Source of the DNA: an uncultured Alphaproteobacteria bacterium
GTDB taxonomy: Bacteria; Pseudomonadota; Alphaproteobacteria; Rhodobacterales; Rhodobacteraceae
Direction: 5' to 3'
Assembly (NCBI GenBank): GCA_963768205.1
Contig: CAVYHB010000003.1
Coordinates: 55,346-119,345, forward strand
Length of the DNA: 64,000 nucleotides
Position numbers and translations under genes: made by a program. Numbering within the stretch: position 1 is the stretch's first letter; every line of letters begins with the position of its first letter. This document shows, piece after piece, positions 9,598-20,002 of this stretch. The notes under the pieces are model-generated. The model was not told where the DNA came from and did not search any database. It saw nothing but the letters and a program-made list of their open reading frames with translations.

Positions 9598-11256
9598 TCA
9601 TTTCGCGCAGTCACCGTTGTTCGAGGGCACGGTATCGACCGGCGGTACCTGCGCCGTCGGGAACCAGACCGGCGCCATCCGCCAGCCAAGCCCCAGTGGC
9701 GCGGCGGTGTCGCGGGTCAGGTGCAGAAAGCCGTGGCGGCTGGCAGTCGCGATCTCGGCCCGCGCCACGTCCTGCCCGAAGGGCCGGTCGTGCGGATAGC
9801 CGTAGCTGCATTCCACCATGACCTCCGGCAGCGTTGCCATGGCGATCTGCGGCAGGTTGGAATAGTCCAGCGCGGTCCCGCCGTTCCCGGCTACCACCAT
9901 CCGCGTCAGGAAGGCGTCATCCGCGCCAAAAAGGTCGACTTGCTGATAAAGGTGCTGATGCCCGGCCAGCATGAAGCGTGGCAGGCATGCCGTCGACTTC
10001 CCTTCGCAGGCCGTGACCGAGGCATTGAGTGAGGCGATGATGGCACCGTCTCCCACATGCGGCCGGTTGGCCCGGCCAGTAGCGGGATCGTAATAGACCA
10101 GCTTGACCGCCGGGTAATGCGCCAGCCAGGCCTTGTCCGCCACGCCATCTTCTGCCGCCGCATCGAACGCGCCGAAGGCCTGTCCAGGTTGCGAGGTGTC
10201 GACCACGTAAAACCGGAACGGCGGCACCGAGGTGTCGTCCGCCGGGGCGATGTCGAAGGACCAGGTGTCGAAATGGTTGAGGCAGCCGGCAACGCCCGGT
10301 GGCGCGAACATCCGGAACCAGCCGTCCCCGAACCATTGCCGCGTCGTCACCCGCTTGCCATCGACAAACTGCGTCGTCGTCTCGCAGCTTTCATGGTTGC
10401 CGCGCACGAAGACGAACGGCGATGTCAGCAGCAGCGGCTGTGACGGGATCAGGAATTCCTGAAGCCAGTACTCGAACCGGTCCGAGGTGTCGGCGGGCTG
10501 GGTCCAGAATGGGTCCCCCTCGAAAAAGTAATGGTGATCGCCGCCATGCATCACGAAATCCGGCGTCATCGCAGCGGCATTCTGCGACATCGGGCGCAGC
10601 GGCCAGACTCCGCGCCCGTCCGCGCGGCTCCCGTCCTGCGCCACGCCATCGTCCGCGCAGTCCTGCCAGCCGCGGCTGCCCTTCGCACCATCCTGGCCGC
10701 GGCAGCCGCTGTCGGCGGTAAAGATCGCTTCCAGCCCGGCGCCGTTGCGCCGCCCCAACCGCCCTGGCCCGGGCATCTGCGCCGACGCATCGTCGGGATA
10801 GACCGGCAGCACCGTGCCCGGATCGGCAACAAGCGCCAGGCTGACGCTATCCGCCGCCGGGTCCAACGCTGCGGCGCAGATCGCCACGAGATAATGCTTG
10901 CCGCGGGTGTAGGCACCGGACGCGCCGTCGCGATACCGTCCGACCAGCGTGCCGCGGGTCTCGACCGCCGCCTTCGCCCCTGACACAGCGACGGCACCGC
11001 AGCTTTGTCGTGCAGCTGTCATCGGATCATCGGCAGAATTGGGGTCGACGTCGCCATTCGCCATCAGCACGAACCGCGCCTCGACCAGCGGCTTGCGCGC
11101 ATCGGTCGAGCCCGGCACGATCTGCGTCCAGAAGGCCAGCACCTCGTTCGCCTTGCCGGACGGATTCGGCACATCGGCAATCGGCGGCTCGGGCTGGGCC
11201 AGCGCCACACCGTGGCCAAGTATCATCAAGACGGCGAAAATCGCGAGCTTGCGCAT
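9598..11256 (-). CDS. Secreted calcineurin-like metallophosphoesterase with a roughly 250-aa N-terminal domain of unknown type.
   Basis: The start MRKLAIFAVLMILGHGVALA (signal peptide) has a GGAGAAAGAG RBS upstream. Phosphoesterase motifs are HGGDHHY, VRGNHE and AGHQH. Confidence 0.6.
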   Translation of the reverse strand: MRKLAIFAVLMILGHGVALAQPEPPIADVPNPSGKANEVLAFWTQIVPGSTDARKPLVEARFVLMANGDVDPNSADDPMTAARQSCGAVAVSGAKAAVETRGTLVGRYRDGASGAYTRGKHYLVAICAAALDPAADSVSLALVADPGTVLPVYPDDASAQMPGPGRLGRRNGAGLEAIFTADSGCRGQDGAKGSRGWQDCADDGVAQDGSRADGRGVWPLRPMSQNAAAMTPDFVMHGGDHHYFFEGDPFWTQPADTSDRFEYWLQEFLIPSQPLLLTSPFVFVRGNHESCETTTQFVDGKRVTTRQWFGDGWFRMFAPPGVAGCLNHFDTWSFDIAPADDTSVPPFRFYVVDTSQPGQAFGAFDAAAEDGVADKAWLAHYPAVKLVYYDPATGRANRPHVGDGAIIASLNASVTACEGKSTACLPRFMLAGHQHLYQQVDLFGADDAFLTRMVVAGNGGTALDYSNLPQIAMATLPEVMVECSYGYPHDRPFGQDVARAEIATASRHGFLHLTRDTAAPLGLGWRMAPVWFPTAQVPPVDTVPSNNGDCAK

Positions 11257-11320
11257 AATCTCTTTCTCCAAATAATGATTTCGTGCAACCCAGCCAGCCT
11301 CGCCAGCTTGGGACCCTGCG

Positions 11321-12310
11321 TCAAGCCCTGCGGTGGGTGAACACCGACCAGCCGGTGCGCCGCGCAAGAAGTTCCAGCGCACGCGAGGCAAGCTGCGAAT
11401 TGCCCACCTTGTTCAGCCCCGGCGACCAGCAGCCGATGGCCGCCTCGCCCGGCGACACCGCCAGAATACCGCCGCCGACCCCACTTTTGCCGGGCAGACC
11501 GACGCGATAAGCGAACTCACCCGACCCGTCGTAATGGCCGCAGGTTAGCATCAGCGCGTTGATCTGGCGCGCCATGCGTTCCGATATCGCCCGCGGCCCG
11601 TCCGGCCCCAGCCGCCCGCCAAACGCCAGGAACCGCCCCGCCAGCGCCAGTTGCCGGGCGGTCATCGCGATGGCGCATTGGTGAAAGTAGACGCCGAGCG
11701 TCAGTTCCGGCGCATGGGCGACGGTGCCGAAATCACGCATGAAATTCGCCAGCGCCACGTTGCGAAAGCCGGTTTCGGTCTCGGATTTCGCCACTGCGGG
11801 GTCGATGGCGATATCCGCCTCGCCGGTCAGGAAGTGCATGAAGGTCAGGATCTGCGCCAACGCCTCCTTGGGCTGCGACTGGGCCAGGATGCTGTCGGTG
11901 ACCACGATGGCGCCCGCGTTGATGAACGGATTGCGCGGAATGCCCTTTTCGTATTCCAACTGCACGATAGAATTGAACGGATCGCCCGAAGGCTCGCGCC
12001 CGACGCGGTTCCACAACTGCTCGCCGGTCTTGCCCAGCGCCAGCGCCAGCGCAAAGACCTTGCTGACGCTCTGGATCGAGAACCGCGTATCGGCATCGCC
12101 CGCCGCAATGACCTCGCCCTCTGCCGTCACCAGCACCAACGCGAACTGGTTCGGATCGACGCGGGCCAGTTGCGGGATATAGGCGGCAACCTCGCCCCGC
12201 TCGGTCTCCGCCGCCATCTCCTCGGCGATCTCGGCGACGATGGTGCGCAGGGTCTCGGTGGGGACGGATTGGGTGTTCACGGTGTGTGTCCGATCAGGGC
12301 GTTGGACCAT
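11321..12310 (-). CDS. glsA: Glutaminase A.
   Basis: The protein carries [34 protein letters not shown] and [11 protein letters not shown]. The true start may lie downstream of 12310. Confidence 0.95.
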   Translation of the reverse strand: MVQRPDRTHTVNTQSVPTETLRTIVAEIAEEMAAETERGEVAAYIPQLARVDPNQFALVLVTAEGEVIAAGDADTRFSIQSVSKVFALALALGKTGEQLWNRVGREPSGDPFNSIVQLEYEKGIPRNPFINAGAIVVTDSILAQSQPKEALAQILTFMHFLTGEADIAIDPAVAKSETETGFRNVALANFMRDFGTVAHAPELTLGVYFHQCAIAMTARQLALAGRFLAFGGRLGPDGPRAISERMARQINALMLTCGHYDGSGEFAYRVGLPGKSGVGGGILAVSPGEAAIGCWSPGLNKVGNSQLASRALELLARRTGWSVFTHRRA

Positions 12311-12316
12311 CTATAG

Positions 12317-12345
12317 AAAAGGGGCCACCCAATGACAGCCCCTTA
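12317..12345. repeat. Degenerate copy of the groEL terminator hairpin, at the left border of the AT-rich islet.
   Basis: aaaaggggccacccaatgacagcccctta matches aaaaggggccgcccgaaggcagcccctta (13142-13170) at 25 of 29 positions. Confidence 0.7.
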
Positions 12346-12630
12346 CCTTCGATGTGAAAGGCTATCCAGCTATCGCAGGTGCATTTTCAATCCGTAGCGC
12401 GGGTCTGCTTTTAGCCCAAAGGGACATCTCTATCTGAGCAATAATTCAGTTGTTCGAAGGCTCATGGGAACTGAATTGTATGTCGAACGGCATCGTGCCG
12501 AAGCTAGCGGCGGCCTTGAAATAAAGTCCCTCTGGAACCGCGAAGTTTTCAAATATTCGCCCAGATTGCGTGGTCTGAATTGCCCAGAACAATGAGTCGA
12601 TCAAAACCCTCAGCGCGCCGGAGTACACCA

Positions 12631-13035
12631 ATGAAATTGACCGCGATTATTGTCTCTACAATCTGCCTATTGACCACTAGTCAAGCGATGGCGCAGCAAA
12701 AGAAATTCGTTGGCTATATCATCAAATCAAAGACCGAAGTTGTCGAAGGTGTATTATTGGTGGATGGCTATTCCCCTAAAGAATTACTTGCCTTTGTCGG
12801 ACAAGACTGTGCGAGTGGTCAGTTAGGGGCGCTCAAATACGTTGGAAAGCTGTACAAAAGACGCGGGAACATCTTTCAGAAATTTCAAACCTCTTGCAAA
12901 GGCGGCCCGAGCCCTCGTATTGGGAACACTTCACAGGTCGCAGTTGAAGTTGAGCGTATGCCTGACGGGCGGAACATGACAGAATATACGTATTCGGAGC
13001 GCGGCAAATTGGCGTATACACGTTACATTCGGTGA
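12631..13035 (+). CDS. Orphan small secreted protein (hypothetical) in an AT-rich islet.
   Basis: GGAG lies 7 nt upstream of ATG 12631. The signal-like N-terminus is MKLTAIIVSTICLLTTSQAMA and the protein is 134 aa. I recognise no family. Codon usage is visibly AT-richer than in neighbouring genes. Confidence 0.5.
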   Translation: MKLTAIIVSTICLLTTSQAMAQQKKFVGYIIKSKTEVVEGVLLVDGYSPKELLAFVGQDCASGQLGALKYVGKLYKRRGNIFQKFQTSCKGGPSPRIGNTSQVAVEVERMPDGRNMTEYTYSERGKLAYTRYIR

Positions 13036-13138
13036 ATTTCGCTCTCAGCTCACAATTTCACTAACTAGGCAGTGAGTTTGTCAGCCTGGCATGTAAGTCG
13101 TCAACGGCAGCGGAGTCCGCACTGCTACTGTTCGCTTC

Positions 13139-13170
13139 AAAAAAAGGGGCCGCCCGAAGGCAGCCCCTTA
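13139..13170 (-). terminator. Rho-independent terminator of groESL.
   Basis: The minus strand reads GGGGCTGCC-TTCG-GGCGGCCCC (9-bp stem, 1 mismatch) followed by a T7 run, about 85 nt after the groEL stop. Confidence 0.8.
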
Positions 13171-13255
13171 ATCATCCACACTGAGTGGTTCTCATCATTT
13201 GGCCCAAAGGGCCAAATGACTGTCACCACCTGATCAAATCCTAATGGATTTGATC

Positions 13256-14941
<1,686 letters not shown>

Positions 14942-14959
14942 TTAGGAAAGGCGGACGGT

Positions 14960-15247
14960 TCAGGCGATCACGCCCAGAATGTCGCTTTCCTTCATGATCA
15001 GCAGCTCTTCGCCATCCAGCGTGATCTCGGTGCCGGACCACTTGCCGAACAGGATCTTGTCGCCGGCCTTGACGTCCATCGCAATGCGATCGCCGTCCTC
15101 GTCCTTGGCGCCTGCGCCGACCGCGACGACTTCGCCCTCGGCCGGTTTTTCTTTGGCGCTATCGGGGATAATCAGGCCACCTTTGGTCTTCTCGTCGCCC
15201 TCGACGCGGCGGACCAGTACCCGGTCATGCAGCGGAGTGAATGCCAT
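14960..15247 (-). CDS. groES: Co-chaperonin GroES.
   Basis: The internal start of ORF 14960..15475 gives 95 aa reading [35 protein letters not shown]. Confidence 0.98.
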   Translation of the reverse strand: MAFTPLHDRVLVRRVEGDEKTKGGLIIPDSAKEKPAEGEVVAVGAGAKDEDGDRIAMDVKAGDKILFGKWSGTEITLDGEELLIMKESDILGVIA

Positions 15248-15280
15248 CTGAACGCTCCCTTGGTTCATGTTGCGTGTGCT

Positions 15281-15307
15281 TTGGCACTCACCTGATGCGA
15301 GTGCCAA
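15281..15307 (-). promoter_or_regulatory. CIRCE operator (HrcA binding site).
   Basis: TTGGCACTC-N9-GAGTGCCAA is a perfect inverted repeat matching the CIRCE consensus TTAGCACTC-N9-GAGTGCTAA. It lies in the groES leader. Confidence 0.9.
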
Positions 15308-15315
15308 CAGAGCGG

Positions 15316-15343
15316 ATGTAAGCAAGCCGTCGTCCGCTGTCAA
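15316..15343 (-). promoter_or_regulatory. Sigma-70-type promoter candidate of groESL.
   Basis: The minus strand reads TTGACA-N16-TTACAT immediately upstream of CIRCE. Confidence 0.55.
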
Positions 15344-15461
15344 CACGCCTTTCGGGAATTTTCCGGCGCATTCTCGGGGGCCGTTCCGGGGCCGTCCGAA
15401 TTCGGCCTGAACGGGTGTGCTATACTCTTCGCCATCAAAAGCCAAGCAGGGGACAAAGGCC

Positions 15462-15758
15462 ATGATCCTTCGCATCTTTCAAGTCACCACCGAGCCGGGC
15501 AAAGAAGCCGAATTCCGTGACTTCTTTCTCAACACGGCAATCCCGCTGATGCTGAGGACCGACGGGCTGGAGCAGTTGTTGCCCGGTTTGCCGCGACCCG
15601 ACAAGCCCGACACCTTCTGCATGGTCATGGTCTGGCGCGATCTTGATGCGCTTAGGGCCTTCGTCGGCGAGGACTGGTCGAAACCGCACATCGCGCCCGA
15701 CGAGGCAGGTATCGTGAAGGACCGGTCGCTCAGCCACTACGAGCTTGTCCCGACCTGA
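15462..15758 (+). CDS. ABM (antibiotic biosynthesis monooxygenase)/Dabb-like small protein.
   Basis: From ATG 15462 the protein reads [22 protein letters not shown]...[19 protein letters not shown], the ferredoxin-like ABM pattern. The assignment is tentative. Confidence 0.5.
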   Translation: MILRIFQVTTEPGKEAEFRDFFLNTAIPLMLRTDGLEQLLPGLPRPDKPDTFCMVMVWRDLDALRAFVGEDWSKPHIAPDEAGIVKDRSLSHYELVPT

Positions 15759-15799
15759 CCCGGCCCGCGCCGCGCTCTGCAATCGTCGTCTCGCGGCGT

Positions 15800-16465
15800 C
15801 TACTCCAACGCATCCGCCCAATCGGCCAACCCGCGCCGCCCGGCCTCGGTCAACGCGAACACTCCGCGCTCAACTCGGGCGAACCAGCCATAGTGATCGT
15901 CGGCCATGATCCGGGTCGCCGACGCGACCCCGGTGTCCGCCTTTACCGCCGCGCCACGCGCCGCCCCGTATTCCGCCAGGTACATCGCGCAGCGCAGCGC
16001 ATCCTGCCGATACCCGGTCACGATCCCGTGCCGCGTCGCCCCGCCGTCGTTCGGATCGCCCCGGCGACGGGCGAACTCGCGCAGCAGTCTCTGTTTGCGC
16101 TTTGCCGATTTGCGCGGACTGTACGGCCCGGGATCGGCATGAACCTCGACCAGCCCGTCCCGCGCCCGTACCGTCACCACGCCCAGCCCCAACCGGCGGC
16201 ACAACGCGACATTCGCTGCAAGCGCCCTGGCCTGTTTCGGGCGCGGCACCGCGATGTAGACCAGATCGCTGATCGAAAGCCGCGCGATCGCCTGGTGCAG
16301 CAGGGCCAGCGAAAACCCCAGCTTCAACTCGACGATCACCGGGTCCTCCCCACCGCGCACCGCCACCAGGTCGGCGGCGCCGATCTCGCCCTTCACCTCG
16401 TACCCCTGCCGTTGCAGGAACGCCTTCACAGGGGCGTATAGATCGGTCTCTTTAGGGCTCGACAT
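15800..16465 (-). CDS. DUF2161-like protein with a PD-(D/E)xK nuclease-like core and a C-terminal wHTH-like region.
   Basis: From ATG 16465 the protein is 221 aa. The arrangement GEIGAADLVAV...PVIVELKLGF fits a D...ExK nuclease motif. Confidence 0.5.
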   Translation of the reverse strand: MSSPKETDLYAPVKAFLQRQGYEVKGEIGAADLVAVRGGEDPVIVELKLGFSLALLHQAIARLSISDLVYIAVPRPKQARALAANVALCRRLGLGVVTVRARDGLVEVHADPGPYSPRKSAKRKQRLLREFARRRGDPNDGGATRHGIVTGYRQDALRCAMYLAEYGAARGAAVKADTGVASATRIMADDHYGWFARVERGVFALTEAGRRGLADWADALE

Positions 16466-16593
16466 GGGCCAAAACCTATCCGCCCACAGCCGCCCTGTCA
16501 GCGAAAACCTGCTATGCGCCCCGTGCCCGTGACAAGCTGTCTCACCCGGCCTATAGAGACGGCAAATCGCAGCCATTCAGACGGACGTACCCG

Positions 16594-17514
16594 ATGACAA
16601 TCCAGGTTTTTGGCCATAAATCCCCCGACACCGACAGCACCGGGTCGCCCATCATCTGGGCCTGGTATCTCTCCACCCACCGTGACCAGCCTGCCGAACC
16701 CGTCCTGCTGGGCGAACCCAACACCGAGGCCGCGTTTGTTTTGCAGCGCTGGGGTTTCGGCAAACCGCAGATCATCGACGACGTTACCCCCGGCGCCAAG
16801 GTCGTCATCGTCGACACCAACAACCCCGCCGAACTGCCCGCCGGCATCAACGACGCCGATGTGATCCAGATCATCGACCACCACAAGCTGACCGGCGGAC
16901 TGGAAACAAAGGGTCCGATCGACATCACCATCAAGCCGCTGGCCTGCACCGCCACCATCATGCACAACCTGATGGGCGAGAATGCCGCCAAGATGCCCGA
17001 CAATATCAAGGGCGCGATGTTGTCCTGCATCCTGTCGGACACGCTGGAATTCCGCTCGCCCACCACCACCGATCAGGACCGGCAACTGGCCGAGGATCTG
17101 GCGAAAGACCTCGGCATCAGCATCCCCGACTACGCGGCAGAGCTATTCGCCGCCAAGTCCGACGTCAGCCGGTTCTCGGCCGCAGAATTGCTGCGTATGG
17201 ACAGCAAGGAATACGAGGTCGGCGGCGTCAGCTTCCGGGTCTCGGTGCTGGAAACCACGTCTCCGAAAACCGTGCTCGACCGCAAGGACGAGATCATGGC
17301 CGCGATGCCGCAGGTCGCGGACGAGGACAAGGTCAACGAAGTGCTGCTTTTTGTCGTCGACATCCTCAACGAGGAAGCCACCCTGCTGGTGCCCAACGAC
17401 CTGACCAAGCGCGTCGCTCAGGCCAGTTTCGGCGCAACGGTGACAGGCGACACCGTGGTCCTGCCCGGCATCATGAGCCGCAAGAAGCAGATCATCCCGA
17501 ACCTGAAACTTTAG
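16594..17514 (+). CDS. ppaC: Family II (Mn-dependent, DHH) inorganic pyrophosphatase.
   Basis: Intact 306-aa ORF carrying GHKSPDTDSTGS, VDTNNP, IIDHHK and CILSDTLEFRSPTTT. Confidence 0.93.
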   Translation: MTIQVFGHKSPDTDSTGSPIIWAWYLSTHRDQPAEPVLLGEPNTEAAFVLQRWGFGKPQIIDDVTPGAKVVIVDTNNPAELPAGINDADVIQIIDHHKLTGGLETKGPIDITIKPLACTATIMHNLMGENAAKMPDNIKGAMLSCILSDTLEFRSPTTTDQDRQLAEDLAKDLGISIPDYAAELFAAKSDVSRFSAAELLRMDSKEYEVGGVSFRVSVLETTSPKTVLDRKDEIMAAMPQVADEDKVNEVLLFVVDILNEEATLLVPNDLTKRVAQASFGATVTGDTVVLPGIMSRKKQIIPNLKL

Positions 17515-17517
17515 CCG

Positions 17518-18205
17518 TCACGCGGCAATGACAGTCAGCCAGCGGCTTTCGGTGGGGACGTAACCTGCATGGTTTAGTGCCCGAACCACGGCCGACATAT
17601 GCGCTGCGCCGTAGACGACTGCCACTGACGCGCCCGGTCCTGCGTCTTCAATCACCCGCGCGAGCGTTTCGCACAGCCGGGCGTCGCGCTCGATCAGCAG
17701 CGCGCGCAAAAATGGCGCGCTGCGGCAATTCCAAATCAGTATCTCGTCGCGCGACGGAAAGTCGTCCTGTCCCTGCGCGCGCCAGCGACCCACGGGTGGC
17801 GGTCAGTCTTTGCCAAAGCCCGGCGGCGGGATAGGCCACCTGTGCCGCCAGGCGCCAGGGCCAGGTGATCTCACGCCAGCAAGCCTCGAACTCAGCAGCG
17901 TCCATATCTGCCCGGATGGCCCGCTTGCCATGCGCCTCGAACCTCTCCCGAGGCTGGACCACCAGCCCCAACCGCGCGGGGCCGATCCAGCGGTAGGACG
18001 CGGTCAGCCGCCGCGCGATCCGTGATCCGACGCCCTCGTAGATTACGAAATCATGCGCCGCCGCCTCCGTGTAGACCGCGTCGAAGAACCCGGCCTCGCC
18101 CACATGCACCATCGGAAACAGCGTAACTTCGGCACCACCGCCCCGGCATGCCAGCCTGTGCCGCGCCGAACGCAAGCCGATCACCGAGCTTTCAAGAAAT
18201 TGCAT
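17518..18205 (-). pseudogene. TraB/GumN-like family protein; one frameshift near 17790.
   Basis: ORF 17648..18205 carries LFPMVHVGEAGFF and ORF 17518..17793 carries VAVVYGAAHMSAVVRALNHAGY. This resembles the GTxHxG ... GAxHLxG pattern of TraB/GumN. The assignment is tentative. Confidence 0.4.
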
Positions 18206-18532
18206 CTGCCACCACCGGCGCTTCTATGGCCAAAGTCTTGCGTGGAATACAGGCAGGTTGTTGACCAGATCCTGTCCGCGAAATGACGATTTCCAAAGAC
18301 AGCCGACCCCCGAGACCAACAGCCTTCCGGCCAAAGCAAGTGGGTTTCTGGCCCGCTCACAACCGCCCTCTCCTCTTTGCAAAGAGACACTCCCCCGCCA
18401 GAGGCGTCCGGACCCAAAGCACACGCCGCACTGCAGCATGCTCTTGCACGTCCAGCGTCCGGCCCTACAAGGGTCCTACAAGACTCTTACACTTCTCATA
18501 CGCCGCGTTTTCGCCCCGAAAGGCCTCGCCAC

Positions 18533-19405
18533 ATGACGCAGATCATCGAAACCCTGGCCCAGGTTTCCGACCGCTACGACGCCGTTCTCTGCGATCTCTG
18601 GGGCTGCCTGCACAACGGACGCCGCGCCTTTCCCGACGCCGTGACGGCGCTTCAGGGTTTCCGCGCCAAGGGCGGCACCGTCGTGTTGCTGACCAACGCG
18701 CCGCGCCCCCGCGACCAGGTGGCCTTGCAACTCGACGGGCTCGATGTGCCGCGCGACTGCTGGGACGTCATCGTCACCTCGGGCGACAGCGCCCGGGCCG
18801 CGATGTTCGAGGGTGTCGTCGGCGAAAAGGTCCACTTCATCGGCTACGAGCGCGACCTGACGTTCTTTGAAGTCCCCGCTATCGTTGACAATCCGGTGGA
18901 CATCCAGCGCGTGCCGCTGGACCGGGCCGAAGGTCTGGTCGTCACCGGCCCCGAAGACCCTTATGCCGATCCCGCCGTCTACCGGCCGCAGTTTCTACAC
19001 GCCAAGCAGAAGGGCATGAAGCTGCTGTGCGCCAACCCCGATGTGGTCGTGGACTACGGCGACAAGCGGCAGTACTGCGCCGGCGCTCTGGCGCAGCTTT
19101 ATGCCGAGATGGGTGGCGAGAGCCTTTATTTCGGCAAGCCGCACCCGCCGATCTACGACCTCGCCCGCCGCCAACTCGCCGCGATGGACAGGCTGCCCCC
19201 CGACGCGCGCATCCTGGCCATCGGCGACGGCATCAGGACCGATGTCGCCGGCGCCATGGGCGAGGATATCGACGTCCTGTTCATCACCGGCGGTCTTGCG
19301 GCAGAGGAGACCGGGACCGGCCATCAGCCGGCCCAAAAGGCGCTAGCTACTTATCTCGAAAAAGAAATGTACAGCCCTCGCTACGCGACCGGCTATCTCC
19401 GGTAG
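18533..19405 (+). CDS. HAD-superfamily hydrolase, subfamily IIA (TIGR01459-like).
   Basis: From ATG 18533 the protein carries YDAVLCDLWGCLHNG, LLTNAPR, GKPHPPIY and AIGDGIRTDVAGA. Confidence 0.75.
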   Translation: MTQIIETLAQVSDRYDAVLCDLWGCLHNGRRAFPDAVTALQGFRAKGGTVVLLTNAPRPRDQVALQLDGLDVPRDCWDVIVTSGDSARAAMFEGVVGEKVHFIGYERDLTFFEVPAIVDNPVDIQRVPLDRAEGLVVTGPEDPYADPAVYRPQFLHAKQKGMKLLCANPDVVVDYGDKRQYCAGALAQLYAEMGGESLYFGKPHPPIYDLARRQLAAMDRLPPDARILAIGDGIRTDVAGAMGEDIDVLFITGGLAAEETGTGHQPAQKALATYLEKEMYSPRYATGYLR

Positions 19406-19469
19406 GACGCGGCCTCGCAATAATATTGCGGAAACATCACGCCAAACAAACTAAAATTACTTTCGGGGC

Positions 19470-19498
19470 TTGCGACAGGCGCGCGCTTGGTTTATGCT
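19470..19498 (+). promoter_or_regulatory. Sigma-70-type promoter candidate for the MaoC-like gene.
   Basis: TTGCGA-N17-TATGCT lies about 30 nt upstream of the preferred start at 19527. Confidence 0.45.
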
Positions 19499-19526
19499 GC
19501 ACCGCAACATGAACCCGAGGTCCTCC

Positions 19527-19970
19527 ATGCTCGACAACCAGCCACGCGGCACGATCTGCATCGAAGACATGGAAATCGGCATGCGCCGGTATCTTCAGAA
19601 AGAAGTGACCGACCGCGACATCCAGCTGTTCGCCGAGATTTCGACCGACCGCAACCCGGTCCACATGGACGACGCCTATGCGATGGACACGATCTTCGAG
19701 GGCCGCATCGCCCATGGAATGCTGACCGCCTCGCTGATCTCTGCCGTGATCGGAGAGCAGCTGCCCGGCCACGGCGCGGTCTATCTTGGGCAAAGCCTTA
19801 AATTCATGGCCCCCGTCCGCCCCGGCGACACAGTTTATACCGAGGTGACAGTGCGCGAGATCGACCACTCCCGCCGCCGCGTGACCCTTGATTGTCACTG
19901 CATGGTGGGCGATACGGTCGTCCTCAAGGGCGAAGCGCTGGTTCTGGCGCCCAGCCGCAAGTTCGACTGA
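19527..19970 (+). CDS. MaoC-like (R)-specific enoyl-CoA hydratase / dehydratase.
   Basis: GAGG lies 6 nt upstream of ATG 19527. The hot-dog motif is FAEISTDRNPVHMDDAYA...GRIAHGML. Confidence 0.85.
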   Translation: MLDNQPRGTICIEDMEIGMRRYLQKEVTDRDIQLFAEISTDRNPVHMDDAYAMDTIFEGRIAHGMLTASLISAVIGEQLPGHGAVYLGQSLKFMAPVRPGDTVYTEVTVREIDHSRRRVTLDCHCMVGDTVVLKGEALVLAPSRKFD

Positions 19971-20002
19971 CCACGGGGGTATCGCCCTCGCCCTGGGGGA
20001 CG

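Noticed and set aside
12311-13170. I considered whether the AT-rich islet is an insertion sequence, a prophage remnant or a tRNA-linked genomic island.
   Set aside because: No transposase or integrase ORF, terminal inverted repeats or tRNA gene are present. Only the duplicated hairpin supports an insertion, so it is reported as an observation rather than a mobile-element call.
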